Positions 30,177-40,585 of a DNA stretch of 64,000 nucleotides are shown piece by piece. Source of the stretch: Clostridiaceae bacterium (GTDB lineage: Bacteria; Bacillota; Clostridia; Clostridiales; Clostridiaceae); the NCBI GenBank assembly GCA_014380625.1, contig JACMJL010000185.1, forward strand, positions 1,896 to 65,895, given 5' to 3'. The notes under the pieces were generated by a model. The model worked only from the letters and a program-made list of their open reading frames with translations. It did not search any database and was not told the DNA's origin. Position 1 is the stretch's first letter. Each line of letters begins with the position of its first letter. A program made the position numbers and the translations under genes.

Positions 30177-31904
30177 TTAAATACCCGCCTTTCCAAATTG
30201 AGAGCAGAATATATCTTGATAAACTTCACAACTTTTCATTAGATCTTCATGTTTACCCATTCCTACTACCAATCCATTATCAAGAACTATAATTTTGTCT
30301 GCATCAATTACGGAGGTAATGCGCTGAGCAATTATCAAACAGGTTAATCCTTCTGAATACTTTTTCAAAGTTTCTCGAATTTTTTCTTCCGTAGTTACAT
30401 CTACGCTACTTGTACAATCATCAAGTATTAATACTTCCGGCTTTTTTATTAATGCTCTTGCAATAGACACACGTTGCTTCTGTCCTCCTGAGAAGTTTAC
30501 ACCCCCCTGCCCAATTAGGGTATTATAACCTTCCGGAAAAGCTGTTACAAATTCATGAGCCTGGGCTAGTTTAGCAGCAGCTTCTACTTGATCTAAATTA
30601 GCATCTTCTTTGCCCCATTTTATATTATCAATAACACTTCCTGTGAAAAGCACAGTTTTCTGTGGCACTAGCGCAATTTTATTTCTAAGTACCTTAGGAT
30701 CAATATCCTTAATATTCACATCGTCTACTTTTATCACTCCAGAAGTAACATCATAAAACCGTGGGATTAAGCTGACTAAACTACTTTTTCCCGAACCTGT
30801 AGCACCAATTATACCTATTGTTTCTCCTGGCATACAAATAAAGCTAATATCCTTAATAACAGGATCCCCATTAGCCTCAGCATAAGAAAAACACACATGT
30901 TGGAACTCAACCTTTCCCTTTTGCTTAAATTCTTCAATGGGCTTAAGTGAAATGTCCATAGTATTTTCCAGAGAAAAAACCTCCCCGATTCTTTCTGCTG
31001 AAGCCCTAGCTCTAACGAAGGTGGTAAAAACGTAGGAAATCATCATTAATGAAAATAATATCTGAGTCATATAATTTATAAAGGCTATTATTTCACCTAC
31101 ATGCATGCTACCATTATTAACTCTAATACCTCCAAGCCATATTACTGCAACTATACCTAAGTTTACTGTTAAGGTTACTCCAGGAGAAAATACTGCCATT
31201 ACCTTCATAGCAGTAATAGATGCATCTGCTTGCTCTTTATTAATTTTCTCAAATCTTTCTTTTTCATACCCGAATCTATTAAAAGCTTTCACAACTCTTA
31301 CTCCTGATAAATACTCCCTCATTACGCTATTTACCCTATCCAAGGCCTTTTGTACCCTTACAAAAAACGGATAACCTACTTTCACATTAATAGTAATAAA
31401 AAGACCAACCATAGGTACTACTACTACTAAAATCAAAGCCATGTGCGCATTCAGTCTTGTGGCCATAATTAAGCTTCCTATGCATAGCAACGGCGCTTTA
31501 ACAAAAATTCGCATTAATCCGTTAACAAAATTTTGGACCTGTGTTACATCATTAGTGAGCCTTGTAACAAGTGAGGCTCCCTCAAACTTATCTATATTCT
31601 CAAAGGATAAACTCTGTATCTTTTTAAATAAGTCATATCTCATTTCAGTTCCAAACCTTTGAGAAACCTTACTAGATATAATATTTCGGCTCACTGCACT
31701 AGTTGCCCCAACCAATGTAATTAAAAGCATTAACCCACCCATTTTAAGTATATAATCCATTTGTTTCCCCATAACTCCAACATCTATAATCTTAGCCATT
31801 ATTGTTGGTTGCATAAGATCACAGGTAGCTTCTATAGTTAAACAAGCCACTGCAATACAAAAGGGTTTCCAATGTTCATGTACGTATTTCTTTAAAAAAT
31901 CCAT
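30177..31904 (-). CDS. ABC exporter, fused TMD-NBD half transporter (chain A, degenerate catalytic site)
   Basis: GATGSGKSS, FSGGQKQR, Walker B VLILDDCTS (catalytic Glu replaced by Asp). This is the hallmark of asymmetric heterodimeric exporters of the LmrCD/BmrCD/TM287-288 type. Confidence 0.85.
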   Translation of the reverse strand: MDFLKKYVHEHWKPFCIAVACLTIEATCDLMQPTIMAKIIDVGVMGKQMDYILKMGGLMLLITLVGATSAVSRNIISSKVSQRFGTEMRYDLFKKIQSLSFENIDKFEGASLVTRLTNDVTQVQNFVNGLMRIFVKAPLLCIGSLIMATRLNAHMALILVVVVPMVGLFITINVKVGYPFFVRVQKALDRVNSVMREYLSGVRVVKAFNRFGYEKERFEKINKEQADASITAMKVMAVFSPGVTLTVNLGIVAVIWLGGIRVNNGSMHVGEIIAFINYMTQILFSLMMISYVFTTFVRARASAERIGEVFSLENTMDISLKPIEEFKQKGKVEFQHVCFSYAEANGDPVIKDISFICMPGETIGIIGATGSGKSSLVSLIPRFYDVTSGVIKVDDVNIKDIDPKVLRNKIALVPQKTVLFTGSVIDNIKWGKEDANLDQVEAAAKLAQAHEFVTAFPEGYNTLIGQGGVNFSGGQKQRVSIARALIKKPEVLILDDCTSSVDVTTEEKIRETLKKYSEGLTCLIIAQRITSVIDADKIIVLDNGLVVGMGKHEDLMKSCEVYQDIFCSQFGKAGI

Positions 31905-31946
31905 CTACTACACCTCATTTAATACTAATTATATATTAAATTAAAG

Positions 31947-31981
31947 AAAAAAGATCAAAGAGTTATATTAACTCTTTGATC
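31947..31981 (-). terminator. terminator of the TPR-protein gene
   Basis: 13-bp stem GATCAAAGAGTTA/TAACTCTTTGATC followed by T6 on the minus strand. Confidence 0.75.
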
Positions 31982-31987
31982 AAATAT

Positions 31988-32878
31988 TTACTTCCAACTA
32001 TAAAACTTCCAGTAAAATGAGTGTATAAAATACTTATAGGCTCCAATAAATGCCCATAGAACTAGCGTAAGAATAAGCATTATATTTAGCATACTATCCT
32101 TTTGAATGATTTGAATCAATAAAGTTATAAAAGCAAGAGCTCCTAAAACCTTACCCCATCTGCCCCAGCTACCAAGAATATCAAATAACACCAATGGTTT
32201 ATATATTAACTTAACCCTTAACCTTAATTCATCAAGATAATCTGCTATTGACTCGTTATCAGGATCCAAAAGATATGCTTTCTCAAACTTCCTCATTGCA
32301 ACTGAGTGCCTTTGCCTTTCAGCATCAGACTTACCAGCTTTTACAAGTTTAAGTATTTCGTTAGAGCTATTGTCTACGAAGCTCTTAATTAACTTATATC
32401 TTTCAAAATTAGAACTTGCACTATGGAGATAAAAATATACAACGTAATGGTTTACTAAAGTATTATCAGGATCTGCTCTTAATGCTTCTAAAATAAAGCT
32501 ATAAGCACTATAGGTATATCCACTTTTTAAAAGCAAATATGCATAAGCAGCTTTAATTTCAGAATTATTAGGATTAAGCTTCAATCCAAGAAGGTAATTA
32601 TCCTCTGCTTCCTCAAACCAATCCATATATTCATAGCTTTGCCCAATCAATAAGTAACATTCCTCAGCTTCAGATTCAACTCCACATTCTAAAGCCTGCT
32701 TACATAAGCTTATGGTTCTAAAGTAGTTTCCCAAACGAGAAAAACAATAGCCTTTTAGATATAAATAATATTTCCTATAAGGCTCTGCTAAATAAGCCTT
32801 ATCGATGCCCTCAATGGCATCCTTGTAACTTTGTTTACCAATGTACTCAAATATATTTTTTTTATTATTCATACCCAA
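31988..32878 (-). CDS. TPR-repeat protein with C-terminal membrane anchor
   Basis: 296 aa. Several TPR-like 34-aa units (..AEECYLLIGQSYEYMDWFEEAEDNYLLGLKLNPNN..) and two C-terminal hydrophobic helices. Confidence 0.6.
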   Translation of the reverse strand: MGMNNKKNIFEYIGKQSYKDAIEGIDKAYLAEPYRKYYLYLKGYCFSRLGNYFRTISLCKQALECGVESEAEECYLLIGQSYEYMDWFEEAEDNYLLGLKLNPNNSEIKAAYAYLLLKSGYTYSAYSFILEALRADPDNTLVNHYVVYFYLHSASSNFERYKLIKSFVDNSSNEILKLVKAGKSDAERQRHSVAMRKFEKAYLLDPDNESIADYLDELRLRVKLIYKPLVLFDILGSWGRWGKVLGALAFITLLIQIIQKDSMLNIMLILTLVLWAFIGAYKYFIHSFYWKFYSWK

Positions 32879-32952
32879 AAGCTCCCATCATTTTTTTAAT
32901 TTGTCATATATTACCATTTCGACAGAGCATTGGGAAACTCCTTCTTAATTTA

Positions 32953-32990
32953 TAAAAAAATAAAAAAATACTCCAGAAAAATTTCTAGAG
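32953..32990 (-). terminator. terminator of the cyclophilin gene
   Basis: Hairpin CTCTAGAAA/TTTCTGGAG (one mismatch) followed by long T runs on the minus strand. Confidence 0.55.
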
Positions 32991-33000
32991 CATTTCTGAA

Positions 33001-33690
33001 TTATTTTACTTTTGTAGGTTCAGCAAATTTTTCACCAAGAGTGTCCACAGTAACAGTTTTCATTTTCTGAGGCGTATTGGGTTTATCATTAGCATCTTTA
33101 GCTACCCCAACAATTTTATCTACCTCAGCCAATCCTTCTATTACCTTACCAAAAGCTGCATACTTACCATCTAAACTAGGAACATCAGCAGCCATTATAA
33201 AAAATTGAGATCCAGCTGAATCTAGTGGTGTTGATCTAGCCATGGAAATTACTCCCTTTGTATGTTTTAAAGTGTTAACTACCTTATTATCGGCAAACTC
33301 ACCTTTAATAGAGTAACCAGGTCCACCCATTCCAGTTCCTTGTGGGTCACCACCCTGAATCATAAACGCAGGAATTACTCTATGAAAAATCAATCCATTG
33401 TAAAAACCCTTTTGAACTAAAGAAACGAAATTATTTACTGTATTAGGAGCTATTTCTGGATATAACTCTATTTTAATCTTCGCTCCATCTTCCATTTCAA
33501 TAGTCACTACAGGCTTCACGTTGTGCTTAACTGTGTCAGTACTTGGCTCAGTTACCACTGGAGCGTTTTTACTATCTGAGGTGGATTTTGAGTCCGTTGA
33601 CTCTGTTGAGCTTGTTTGATCCTTACATCCACCAATCATAAGAACCATGAAAATTGACATTAAGGCTATAAAACATTTTTTCTTAAACAT
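33001..33690 (-). CDS. cyclophilin-type peptidyl-prolyl isomerase lipoprotein
   Basis: Lipobox IGGC. FHRVIPAFMIQGGDP, SMARS..DSAGSQFFI. Confidence 0.9.
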   Translation of the reverse strand: MFKKKCFIALMSIFMVLMIGGCKDQTSSTESTDSKSTSDSKNAPVVTEPSTDTVKHNVKPVVTIEMEDGAKIKIELYPEIAPNTVNNFVSLVQKGFYNGLIFHRVIPAFMIQGGDPQGTGMGGPGYSIKGEFADNKVVNTLKHTKGVISMARSTPLDSAGSQFFIMAADVPSLDGKYAAFGKVIEGLAEVDKIVGVAKDANDKPNTPQKMKTVTVDTLGEKFAEPTKVK

Positions 33691-33779
33691 AATTTTCCTC
33701 CCTTAGCTTAAAGTGATTCAAACTATATTATCTTGCAACTTTATTAATAAGTCAATATTATTAAAATAATTTTATAACT

Positions 33780-34997
33780 CTAAACTGATTTCTTTCTTGA
33801 AACAATGTCTATCCAAACTGCTGCTAAAAGTATTAACCCTTTAACTATGTTTTGCCACTGTATTTCAACATTCATAAGGCTCATTCCATTATTAATAGTA
33901 GCCATAACTAGGGCTCCAATGATGGCTCCAATAACAGATCCTTCTCCACCCATGGCACTTGCTCCGCCTATATAACAAGCCGCAATGGCATCAAGTTCAA
34001 ATAAGTTACCAGCAGAGGCTGTAGCTGAATTTAATCTACCAGTAAACACAATACCACCAATAGCCGATAATAAGCCCATAGAAATAAATATTAAAAGGGT
34101 TGTTCTTTTTATATTTATACCTGATAATCTTGCAGCCTCTTTATTCCCACCTATAGCGTATACATGCCTTCCAAAGGGAGTCATGGTTGAAAGATAACTA
34201 TAAAAGAACACCACTGCAGCAACAAGTACTATACAATAAGGCATACCTAAATATGATACCATTATTAAGAAAGTCAACCCTATAAGAGCCGATATTGCAA
34301 CAACCTTAACAATCTGTAATTGAAAAGGAAGTACTTTAAAACCATAACTAACTCTTGTTCTTCTACTCCTAGCTTCAAAAATTATATATGCTAGGATACA
34401 GATAATTCCTAGAAAAAGTGTAGTGTCATGATAGGATGCATCTTGTAAAAACAACCTAGGAATATAATCTTGACCAATAGCCCTAAAGGAATCTTTCATT
34501 GGAGCTATAGTTGCACCATTTGTAACTCCTATAACCGCTCCCCTAAAAATAAGCATTCCAGCCAAGGTTACTATAAAAGAAGGTACATTTTGATACGCAA
34601 CCCAATAACCTTGCCATAAACCAACTATGAGACCAACCACAAGTGTAAGTAAGATAGCTGGCACCGTTCCCCAACCATATTTTACTTGAGCTATAGCCGC
34701 GATTGCACCACAAAAGCCTGCTACAGATCCTATAGATAAATCAATATGTCCCGCAATGATAATTAATACCATGCCACAGGCCAGTATTGCTATTGTAGCT
34801 GTTTGAAGAAATAAGTTATTAAGGTTTCTAGATGATATAAATGTACCATCCGTTAATATGTTAAAGATTATTCCAATAAATATTAGTGCAATAAACATAG
34901 TATATTGTCGCATGTTGGCCTTCATTGCAGCTTTTATAGAGTCCTTAAGCGACTCTTCTTTTACATCACTTTGTGATATACTCTTTGTTCCAGACAT
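33780..34997 (-). CDS. xylH: xylose ABC transporter permease
   Basis: About 405 aa with 10-12 TM segments, a branched-chain/monosaccharide permease fold. The ATG at 34997 lies 1 nt after the xylG stop. Positioned in the xylFGH order. Confidence 0.8.
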   Translation of the reverse strand: MSGTKSISQSDVKEESLKDSIKAAMKANMRQYTMFIALIFIGIIFNILTDGTFISSRNLNNLFLQTATIAILACGMVLIIIAGHIDLSIGSVAGFCGAIAAIAQVKYGWGTVPAILLTLVVGLIVGLWQGYWVAYQNVPSFIVTLAGMLIFRGAVIGVTNGATIAPMKDSFRAIGQDYIPRLFLQDASYHDTTLFLGIICILAYIIFEARSRRTRVSYGFKVLPFQLQIVKVVAISALIGLTFLIMVSYLGMPYCIVLVAAVVFFYSYLSTMTPFGRHVYAIGGNKEAARLSGINIKRTTLLIFISMGLLSAIGGIVFTGRLNSATASAGNLFELDAIAACYIGGASAMGGEGSVIGAIIGALVMATINNGMSLMNVEIQWQNIVKGLILLAAVWIDIVSRKKSV

Positions 34998-34998
34998 A

Positions 34999-36525
34999 TT
35001 ACATACCCCCCGTAGCATAATACATTACTTTTTCCTGTGTGGCATCTTGAATACTTAAATCTGCTGTAAATTTTCCTGCGGTCATTACTATAACGCGATC
35101 GCTCATGCCTAATACTTCTGGAAGCTCAGAGGATATCATAATTATACATACGCCTTGATCCACTAGATCATTCATTATGTTATATATTTCATATTTGGCG
35201 CCAACATCTATTCCTCTAGTAGGTTCATCTAAAATAAGTATTTTAGGCTCCGCCATAAGACACTTAGCAACTGCAACCTTTTGCTGATTTCCTCCACTTA
35301 AATTTTGTACCTTCTGTTCAATAGAGGGAGTCTTAATATTCATTTTATCTACATACATTGTTGCGGTCTTTATTTCCTCATTTGAATTGATAGTATTCCA
35401 TTTCGTTATTTTACCAAGGCTTGAAAGTGAGATATTAGTTTTAATGTCCATCCCTAATACAAGACCTTTACCTTTTCTGTCCTCAGAGGAATAGCTTATC
35501 CCACATTTAATGGCATCTCCAGGATTGTTTACACTGATTTCTTTTCCATCCATAAACATCTGCCCAGACTTTTTAATGCCATAAGCTCCTATTAAACTCA
35601 TAACAAACTCAGTTCTTCCCGCTCCCATTATTCCTGCTATGCCTAATATCTCACCTTTTCTTACCTGAATATTAGCATTATTTATCATTATCTTATCAGG
35701 TAGTTCAGGATTATTGATTGTCCAGTTTTTAACTTCAAGGACTACTTCTCCCCTTATATGTTCTACTCTAGGAAATCTTTGGGTTAATTTCCTCCCAACC
35801 ATTAAGGAAATCATATCATCTTCAGTGAGTTTTTCCTCACCCTGCATATCACGAGTAGTTATACTATGTCCATCTCTTAAAATTGTAACTGAATCTGATA
35901 TTTCCATGACCTCATTTAATTTATGAGAAATATATATACAAGTTACGCCCTTACTTCTTAACTCTTTAAGAATAGCAAGTAGATTGTCGGTATCGGTTTC
36001 ATTTAATGCGGCTGTAGGTTCATCAAGAATTAATATATCAACATTCTTTGATATAGCCTTAGCAATTTCAACAAGTTGTTGCTTTCCAATTCCCAGTTCA
36101 ATAATTTTTGTTTCAGGACTAATATCTAGGTTAACATCATTAAGCAATTTTCTTGCCTCAGAATGTGTTTTTCCCCAGTTTATCCTTCCTCCATCAAAAA
36201 ATTCATTACCTAAAAATATATTTTCTCCAACACTTAATTGCTTTACCAATGCAAGCTCTTGATATATAATTGCAACTCCAACTTTTTCACTATCTTTTAT
36301 ATTATGAAAGTTCTGCTTTTGCCCTTTGATTATTATATCGCCTTGATAACTACTTGAAGGGTAAACTCCGCTTAATATTTTCATTAAAGTTGATTTTCCT
36401 GCACCATTCTCTCCTACAAGAGAATGTATTTCTCCTTTTTTAACCTTCAAATTTACGTTGTCTAATGCAATAACGCCGGGAAACTCTTTAATAATATTCT
36501 GCATTTCTAGAACATATTCACTCAA
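34999..36525 (-). CDS. xylG: xylose ABC transporter ATP-binding protein (tandem NBD)
   Basis: 508 aa with two NBDs (GENGAGKST..LILDEPTAAL; GIMGAGRTE..LSGGNQQK..LILDEPTRGID). Confidence 0.85.
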   Translation of the reverse strand: MSEYVLEMQNIIKEFPGVIALDNVNLKVKKGEIHSLVGENGAGKSTLMKILSGVYPSSSYQGDIIIKGQKQNFHNIKDSEKVGVAIIYQELALVKQLSVGENIFLGNEFFDGGRINWGKTHSEARKLLNDVNLDISPETKIIELGIGKQQLVEIAKAISKNVDILILDEPTAALNETDTDNLLAILKELRSKGVTCIYISHKLNEVMEISDSVTILRDGHSITTRDMQGEEKLTEDDMISLMVGRKLTQRFPRVEHIRGEVVLEVKNWTINNPELPDKIMINNANIQVRKGEILGIAGIMGAGRTEFVMSLIGAYGIKKSGQMFMDGKEISVNNPGDAIKCGISYSSEDRKGKGLVLGMDIKTNISLSSLGKITKWNTINSNEEIKTATMYVDKMNIKTPSIEQKVQNLSGGNQQKVAVAKCLMAEPKILILDEPTRGIDVGAKYEIYNIMNDLVDQGVCIIMISSELPEVLGMSDRVIVMTAGKFTADLSIQDATQEKVMYYATGGM

Positions 36526-36605
36526 TTAGATTTAACCTCCTAAAAAAAACATTTTGCAATTTATAGTAAGATGGGGACAGCCTTTGCCATCCCACACTTT
36601 TAGTT

Positions 36606-37667
36606 TTATTTCTTATAAACGTCATCTTTCTTCAAGTAACCACTTTCAATTAAAAGCTTATCAATATTATTTTTATCAACAACTTGAGCTGCTAAAAGGA
36701 TTGAAGGAACATCCATTTTTTTATTGTTAACAGTACTTGTTGTAGCAGGTTTTTCTCCATTAGCAATTTTAATTGCTGCTATGATTGCTGCCTTACCTAA
36801 TTCTCTAGTGTCTTTATAAATTGTCATTGATTGAGTTCCTTGAACTATTCTTTGTGCAGCTGTTAATTCAGCATCCTGTCCAGTTATTGGAACCTTTCCA
36901 GCTAAACCTTGTGTTGTTAATGAAACAATAGCTCCACCTGCAGTACCATCATTTGGTGCAAGTATTGCTTGGATATTATTCTTATTCTTTGTTAAAGAAT
37001 TTTCAACAATATTAACTGCATTTTTTGGCTCCCAGTTATCAACTGCTTGATCAGTTACTATTTTGATATCACCCTTATCAACTAGTGGTTGTATAAATTT
37101 CATAGCTCCTTGTTTAAATAATGTTGCATTATTATCTGATGGAGCGCCTGCCATAACTATATAGTTTCCTTTGGGAACTGCTTTAGTTATGTACTCACCC
37201 TGTAATTCTCCAACTTTTACATTATCAAAAGATAAATAGTAATCTACGTTTGTATTCATTATTAATCTATCATAAGATATTACTTTTATTCCTGCCTTTT
37301 GAGCCTTTTCAACACTTGCTGCTGCCGCTGCTCCATCTACTGGTGCAAATATCAATACATTGATACCTTGAGAAATAAGATTCTCTATCTGTGAAGCCTG
37401 TTGTGCTACGTCTGTATCAGAAACTTGAACTTTAAGCTCAACTCCTGCTGCTTTTGCTTCTTTTTCCATAGTATCTTTATCTCTAACCCATCTTTCTTCT
37501 CTTTGTGTTGGCAATGAAAGACCAATAACTATTTTCTTAGGTTTTGCAGTTGAAGTTGAACTTGATGCTACACTGCTGCTGCTACCTGATGATGAACACC
37601 CAGCTAACATAGAGAAGGCAAGTACTGAAGATAGGACTGTTGCAAATAGTTTAGATTTTTTAATCAT
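36606..37667 (-). CDS. xylF: D-xylose-binding lipoprotein
   Basis: Lipobox LAGC. REERWVRDKD, ISYDRLI..DYYLSFDNVKVGELQ, NDGTAGGAI, ITGQDAEL and TIYKDTREL are colinear with E. coli XylF as I recall it. Confidence 0.9.
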   Translation of the reverse strand: MIKKSKLFATVLSSVLAFSMLAGCSSSGSSSSVASSSTSTAKPKKIVIGLSLPTQREERWVRDKDTMEKEAKAAGVELKVQVSDTDVAQQASQIENLISQGINVLIFAPVDGAAAAASVEKAQKAGIKVISYDRLIMNTNVDYYLSFDNVKVGELQGEYITKAVPKGNYIVMAGAPSDNNATLFKQGAMKFIQPLVDKGDIKIVTDQAVDNWEPKNAVNIVENSLTKNKNNIQAILAPNDGTAGGAIVSLTTQGLAGKVPITGQDAELTAAQRIVQGTQSMTIYKDTRELGKAAIIAAIKIANGEKPATTSTVNNKKMDVPSILLAAQVVDKNNIDKLLIESGYLKKDDVYKK

Positions 37668-37704
37668 TTAATAATCCCCCCAAAATTGTAATATGTAACG
37701 CTTT

Positions 37705-37718
37705 TGTAAACGCTAACC
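37705..37718. promoter_or_regulatory. candidate cre (CcpA) site in the xylF leader
   Basis: TGTAAACGCTAACC versus the consensus TGWAANCGNTNNCW (last position deviates). It lies 38-51 nt upstream of the xylF ATG. A related TGTAACGCTTTT lies immediately beside it (37694-37705). Confidence 0.4.
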
Positions 37719-37898
37719 TTATAATACAATTATTTTAATGAATATACTCTATATAGAATTACTATGAATCTTGATATTATTAACTACTAATTTCCAACTA
37801 AATCTTTGTATAGGATTTTTTCCACCCAATCTTAGAAAAATCCACTTTACAAAAGGGGCTATCTCAAAATAAAATTAATTAATTTGAAATAGTCCCTT

Positions 37899-38987
37899 TT
37901 ACTTTGAGATAGCCTCATCTTTTGGCCATTCTAATTGAGGTATATTCCTATATATATCCTCAAGTCTATGAAAATTATTTCTTACAACTATATCTACCAT
38001 ATTATCTTTTGTAACTTCAGTTGAATATTCTCTAAGTACCGGTACATTAACTAGCCCATCATTTATTTCACCATTACTATTAATCTTTTTACCCTTGGCC
38101 ATTTTTACCGCCGCCTCAGCTGCATCCTGGGCCATTTTTACTATAGGCTTGTATACTGTCATTAGTTGCAGACCCTCCACCACCCTTTGGCAGGCAGCAA
38201 GGTCTGAGTCCTGCCCCACTACCACTACCTTACCTGCAAGCCTGTGTTCCGAAAGAACCTTAATAACGGCCTGAGCAAGAGTATCATTGGCGGCTACAAT
38301 TCCATCTATCTTTATATTCTTTGCAATGGTCTCCTCCACGGATTTTATTGCTTCATCCTCATTCCAATCTTTGGACCAAACTTCGTCGACTATTTTAATA
38401 TCTCCACTTTTAATGGAGGAATTAAGAACTTTCATATAACCTTGATTAAATTCTATTGCATTATAATCTTGCTTATTTCCATTTATAATAATATAGTTTC
38501 CTTTAGGGACTTTTTTTTCTAAAGCTTCTCCCATTAGTTCTCCAACTCTTTCATTATCAAAGGTTACATAAAGGTCCACATTACCTTTTCTTATTATCCT
38601 GTCATAAGAAATTACCTCTATCCCCTTTTTTTGCGCCATACTTACAACTGGTGCCAATGCGTCTCTATCATTTGGTACTATCACTAGAACATCTACTTCT
38701 TGTGCAATTAAATACTTTATTTGGTTTATTTGTTCATTGCTATTATTTCCGGCATTTTGAACAATAGTCTCTCCCCCAAGTTCTTTTACCTTAGCCATAA
38801 AGACATCTCGATCTGTTTGCCATCTTTCCACTACAAGGGAATCCATGGACAGTCCGATTTTTATCCTTTTTATATCTTTTTTTTCATCATTATTCTTATA
38901 TATTTTATAATAGTAACCGATTGTTGCACAAATGATTATAACCAATCCCAAAATTAATCCCTTCAGATATTTTTTGGATCCCCACAT
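37899..38987 (-). CDS. membrane-anchored XylF paralogue (XylFII-type xylose sensor component)
   Basis: An N-terminal TM anchor (no lipobox) plus a XylF-like fold: VERWQTDRD, ISYDRIIRKGNVDLYVTFDNERVGELMG, VGQDSDLAACQRV, MTVYKP. Lies 8 nt after the regulator gene. Confidence 0.8.
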   Translation of the reverse strand: MWGSKKYLKGLILGLVIIICATIGYYYKIYKNNDEKKDIKRIKIGLSMDSLVVERWQTDRDVFMAKVKELGGETIVQNAGNNSNEQINQIKYLIAQEVDVLVIVPNDRDALAPVVSMAQKKGIEVISYDRIIRKGNVDLYVTFDNERVGELMGEALEKKVPKGNYIIINGNKQDYNAIEFNQGYMKVLNSSIKSGDIKIVDEVWSKDWNEDEAIKSVEETIAKNIKIDGIVAANDTLAQAVIKVLSEHRLAGKVVVVGQDSDLAACQRVVEGLQLMTVYKPIVKMAQDAAEAAVKMAKGKKINSNGEINDGLVNVPVLREYSTEVTKDNMVDIVVRNNFHRLEDIYRNIPQLEWPKDEAISK

Positions 38988-38995
38988 ATCTCCAC

Positions 38996-40585
38996 CTAAC
39001 CCTTATTAAAATTTTTTATATACTCAGAAGGTGTTATTTTCTCATTTTTCTTAAAAATATAGCTAAAATAATTTGGATCTGTATATCCTATTTCAAAACA
39101 TATTTCTTTAATATTTAGATTTGAACTTTTCATAAATTCTTTTGCCTTATCAATCCTTATTCTAGTGAGATACTCTATAAAATTTACTGAAGTTTCTTCT
39201 TTAAAAAGTCTACTAAAATAATGAGGGCTTACAGAGACCTCCTTAGAAACTTCCTCTAAGGTTATCTCCTTATTAAAATTTTCATTAATAAATCGCTTTG
39301 CATTAATAATAATTTTATTAACCTTCTTGTTATGTAGTTCTTTTATAGAGCCTATTATATTGATGATTCTTTCCCTACAGTAGTTTTCTAACAAGGAATA
39401 ATCTTGTATGTTATTCATATTAAACAGGTAACTTTTATTATCTTCTTTACCCCCAAAATCAAAAGCCATTTTATCTATAATAATCATTAACTCAATTAAT
39501 CTCCATTTACCAATTTCAAAGGAATCTTTATAATTTTCATTTATCCATGTGTATATCTTTTTAAAAGCATCAAATGCGGAATCCTTATCCGCAAGAATAA
39601 TCATTTCTTTTAATCTATTTTCCTGGTCCTTAGGATACTCTGTTAGATTGTACATTTCTGATATTATATCTTTAATATGAACAATTCCTTTGTCTCTTGG
39701 ATAATGGAGAGCCCTTAAAGCCTCTTCATAGGAACTTGATATGTTTTCTAATTTTTTACAACTCCCAATTCCTATATTAAAGTTTAATTCGCTACTAAAA
39801 CTTTTTAGTTTATCCAGAGCATAATTAGCAACTTCAAAAGCTTCCACTCTATCGTTATATTCCGAACTAAAATCAGACTCTACAAATATAACCACCCTAT
39901 TTATCATAGCTGGTCCAATTAAGCATGGACATTTGTATTTAAAGGCATCCCTAAGGATCTTATAATATGCCTGCTCAGCATCTAATTCTAACTTTTCCTC
40001 GAAACTAATAATATTATCCTTCTCCTCAGACTCTAGAATCATAATATATCCACCGTTTTCATATAACCCGAGGATTTCTTTATATCTATCTACTTTTCTT
40101 CCATAACTTTCGCCTAAAAGAATAGAATATATAAAACCATATTCCAAAAACGGAATTACATTTTGATACTTCTCAATATTTTCAAGCTCTCGCATTCTTT
40201 TTTCTCGCTCATAGGTTAATCTTTTTATAACATTATCAATAATGTTTATTAAATCATTTTTTATTATTGGTTTTAAAACGTAATCCTTTACCCCTAACGT
40301 TAACGCTTCTTTAGCATATTCAAACTGTTCATAGGCTGAAATAATAATAAAGTTAATATTGGGGCGAGTATTTTTCATCTCAGTTATAGCATCTATACCA
40401 TTAATACCTGGCATTCTAATATCCATTAGTACTATATCCGGATTAAAGCTTTCGTTTTTAACTATAGCCTCACGACCTGTCCTAGCTGAATCCATGGTTA
40501 TTTCTGTACTAAAGTTTCTTTCTATAATAAAAGATACTGCATCTATTACAATCTTTTCATCATCTACAATTAAGAGTTTAAACAC
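38996..40585 (-). CDS. YesN-type response regulator (receiver + AraC HTH)
   Basis: 529 aa. MFKLLIVDDE, LMDIRMPGINGI, C-terminal AraC HTH (..PHYFSRLFKEETSVNFIEYLTRIRIDKA..GYTDPNYFSYIFKK). Confidence 0.85.
   Translation of the reverse strand: MFKLLIVDDEKIVIDAVSFIIERNFSTEITMDSARTGREAIVKNESFNPDIVLMDIRMPGINGIDAITEMKNTRPNINFIIISAYEQFEYAKEALTLGVKDYVLKPIIKNDLINIIDNVIKRLTYEREKRMRELENIEKYQNVIPFLEYGFIYSILLGESYGRKVDRYKEILGLYENGGYIMILESEEKDNIISFEEKLELDAEQAYYKILRDAFKYKCPCLIGPAMINRVVIFVESDFSSEYNDRVEAFEVANYALDKLKSFSSELNFNIGIGSCKKLENISSSYEEALRALHYPRDKGIVHIKDIISEMYNLTEYPKDQENRLKEMIILADKDSAFDAFKKIYTWINENYKDSFEIGKWRLIELMIIIDKMAFDFGGKEDNKSYLFNMNNIQDYSLLENYCRERIINIIGSIKELHNKKVNKIIINAKRFINENFNKEITLEEVSKEVSVSPHYFSRLFKEETSVNFIEYLTRIRIDKAKEFMKSSNLNIKEICFEIGYTDPNYFSYIFKKNEKITPSEYIKNFNKG

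Noticed and set aside
36560-36590. GC-rich stretch GATGGGGACAGCCTTTGCCATCCCAC between xylF and xylG, considered as another copy of the GGGGACGGGG element or as a terminator.
   Set aside because: It shares only GGGGAC with the repeat. The arms are not properly complementary and no T-tract follows. It is probably just an intercistronic spacer.
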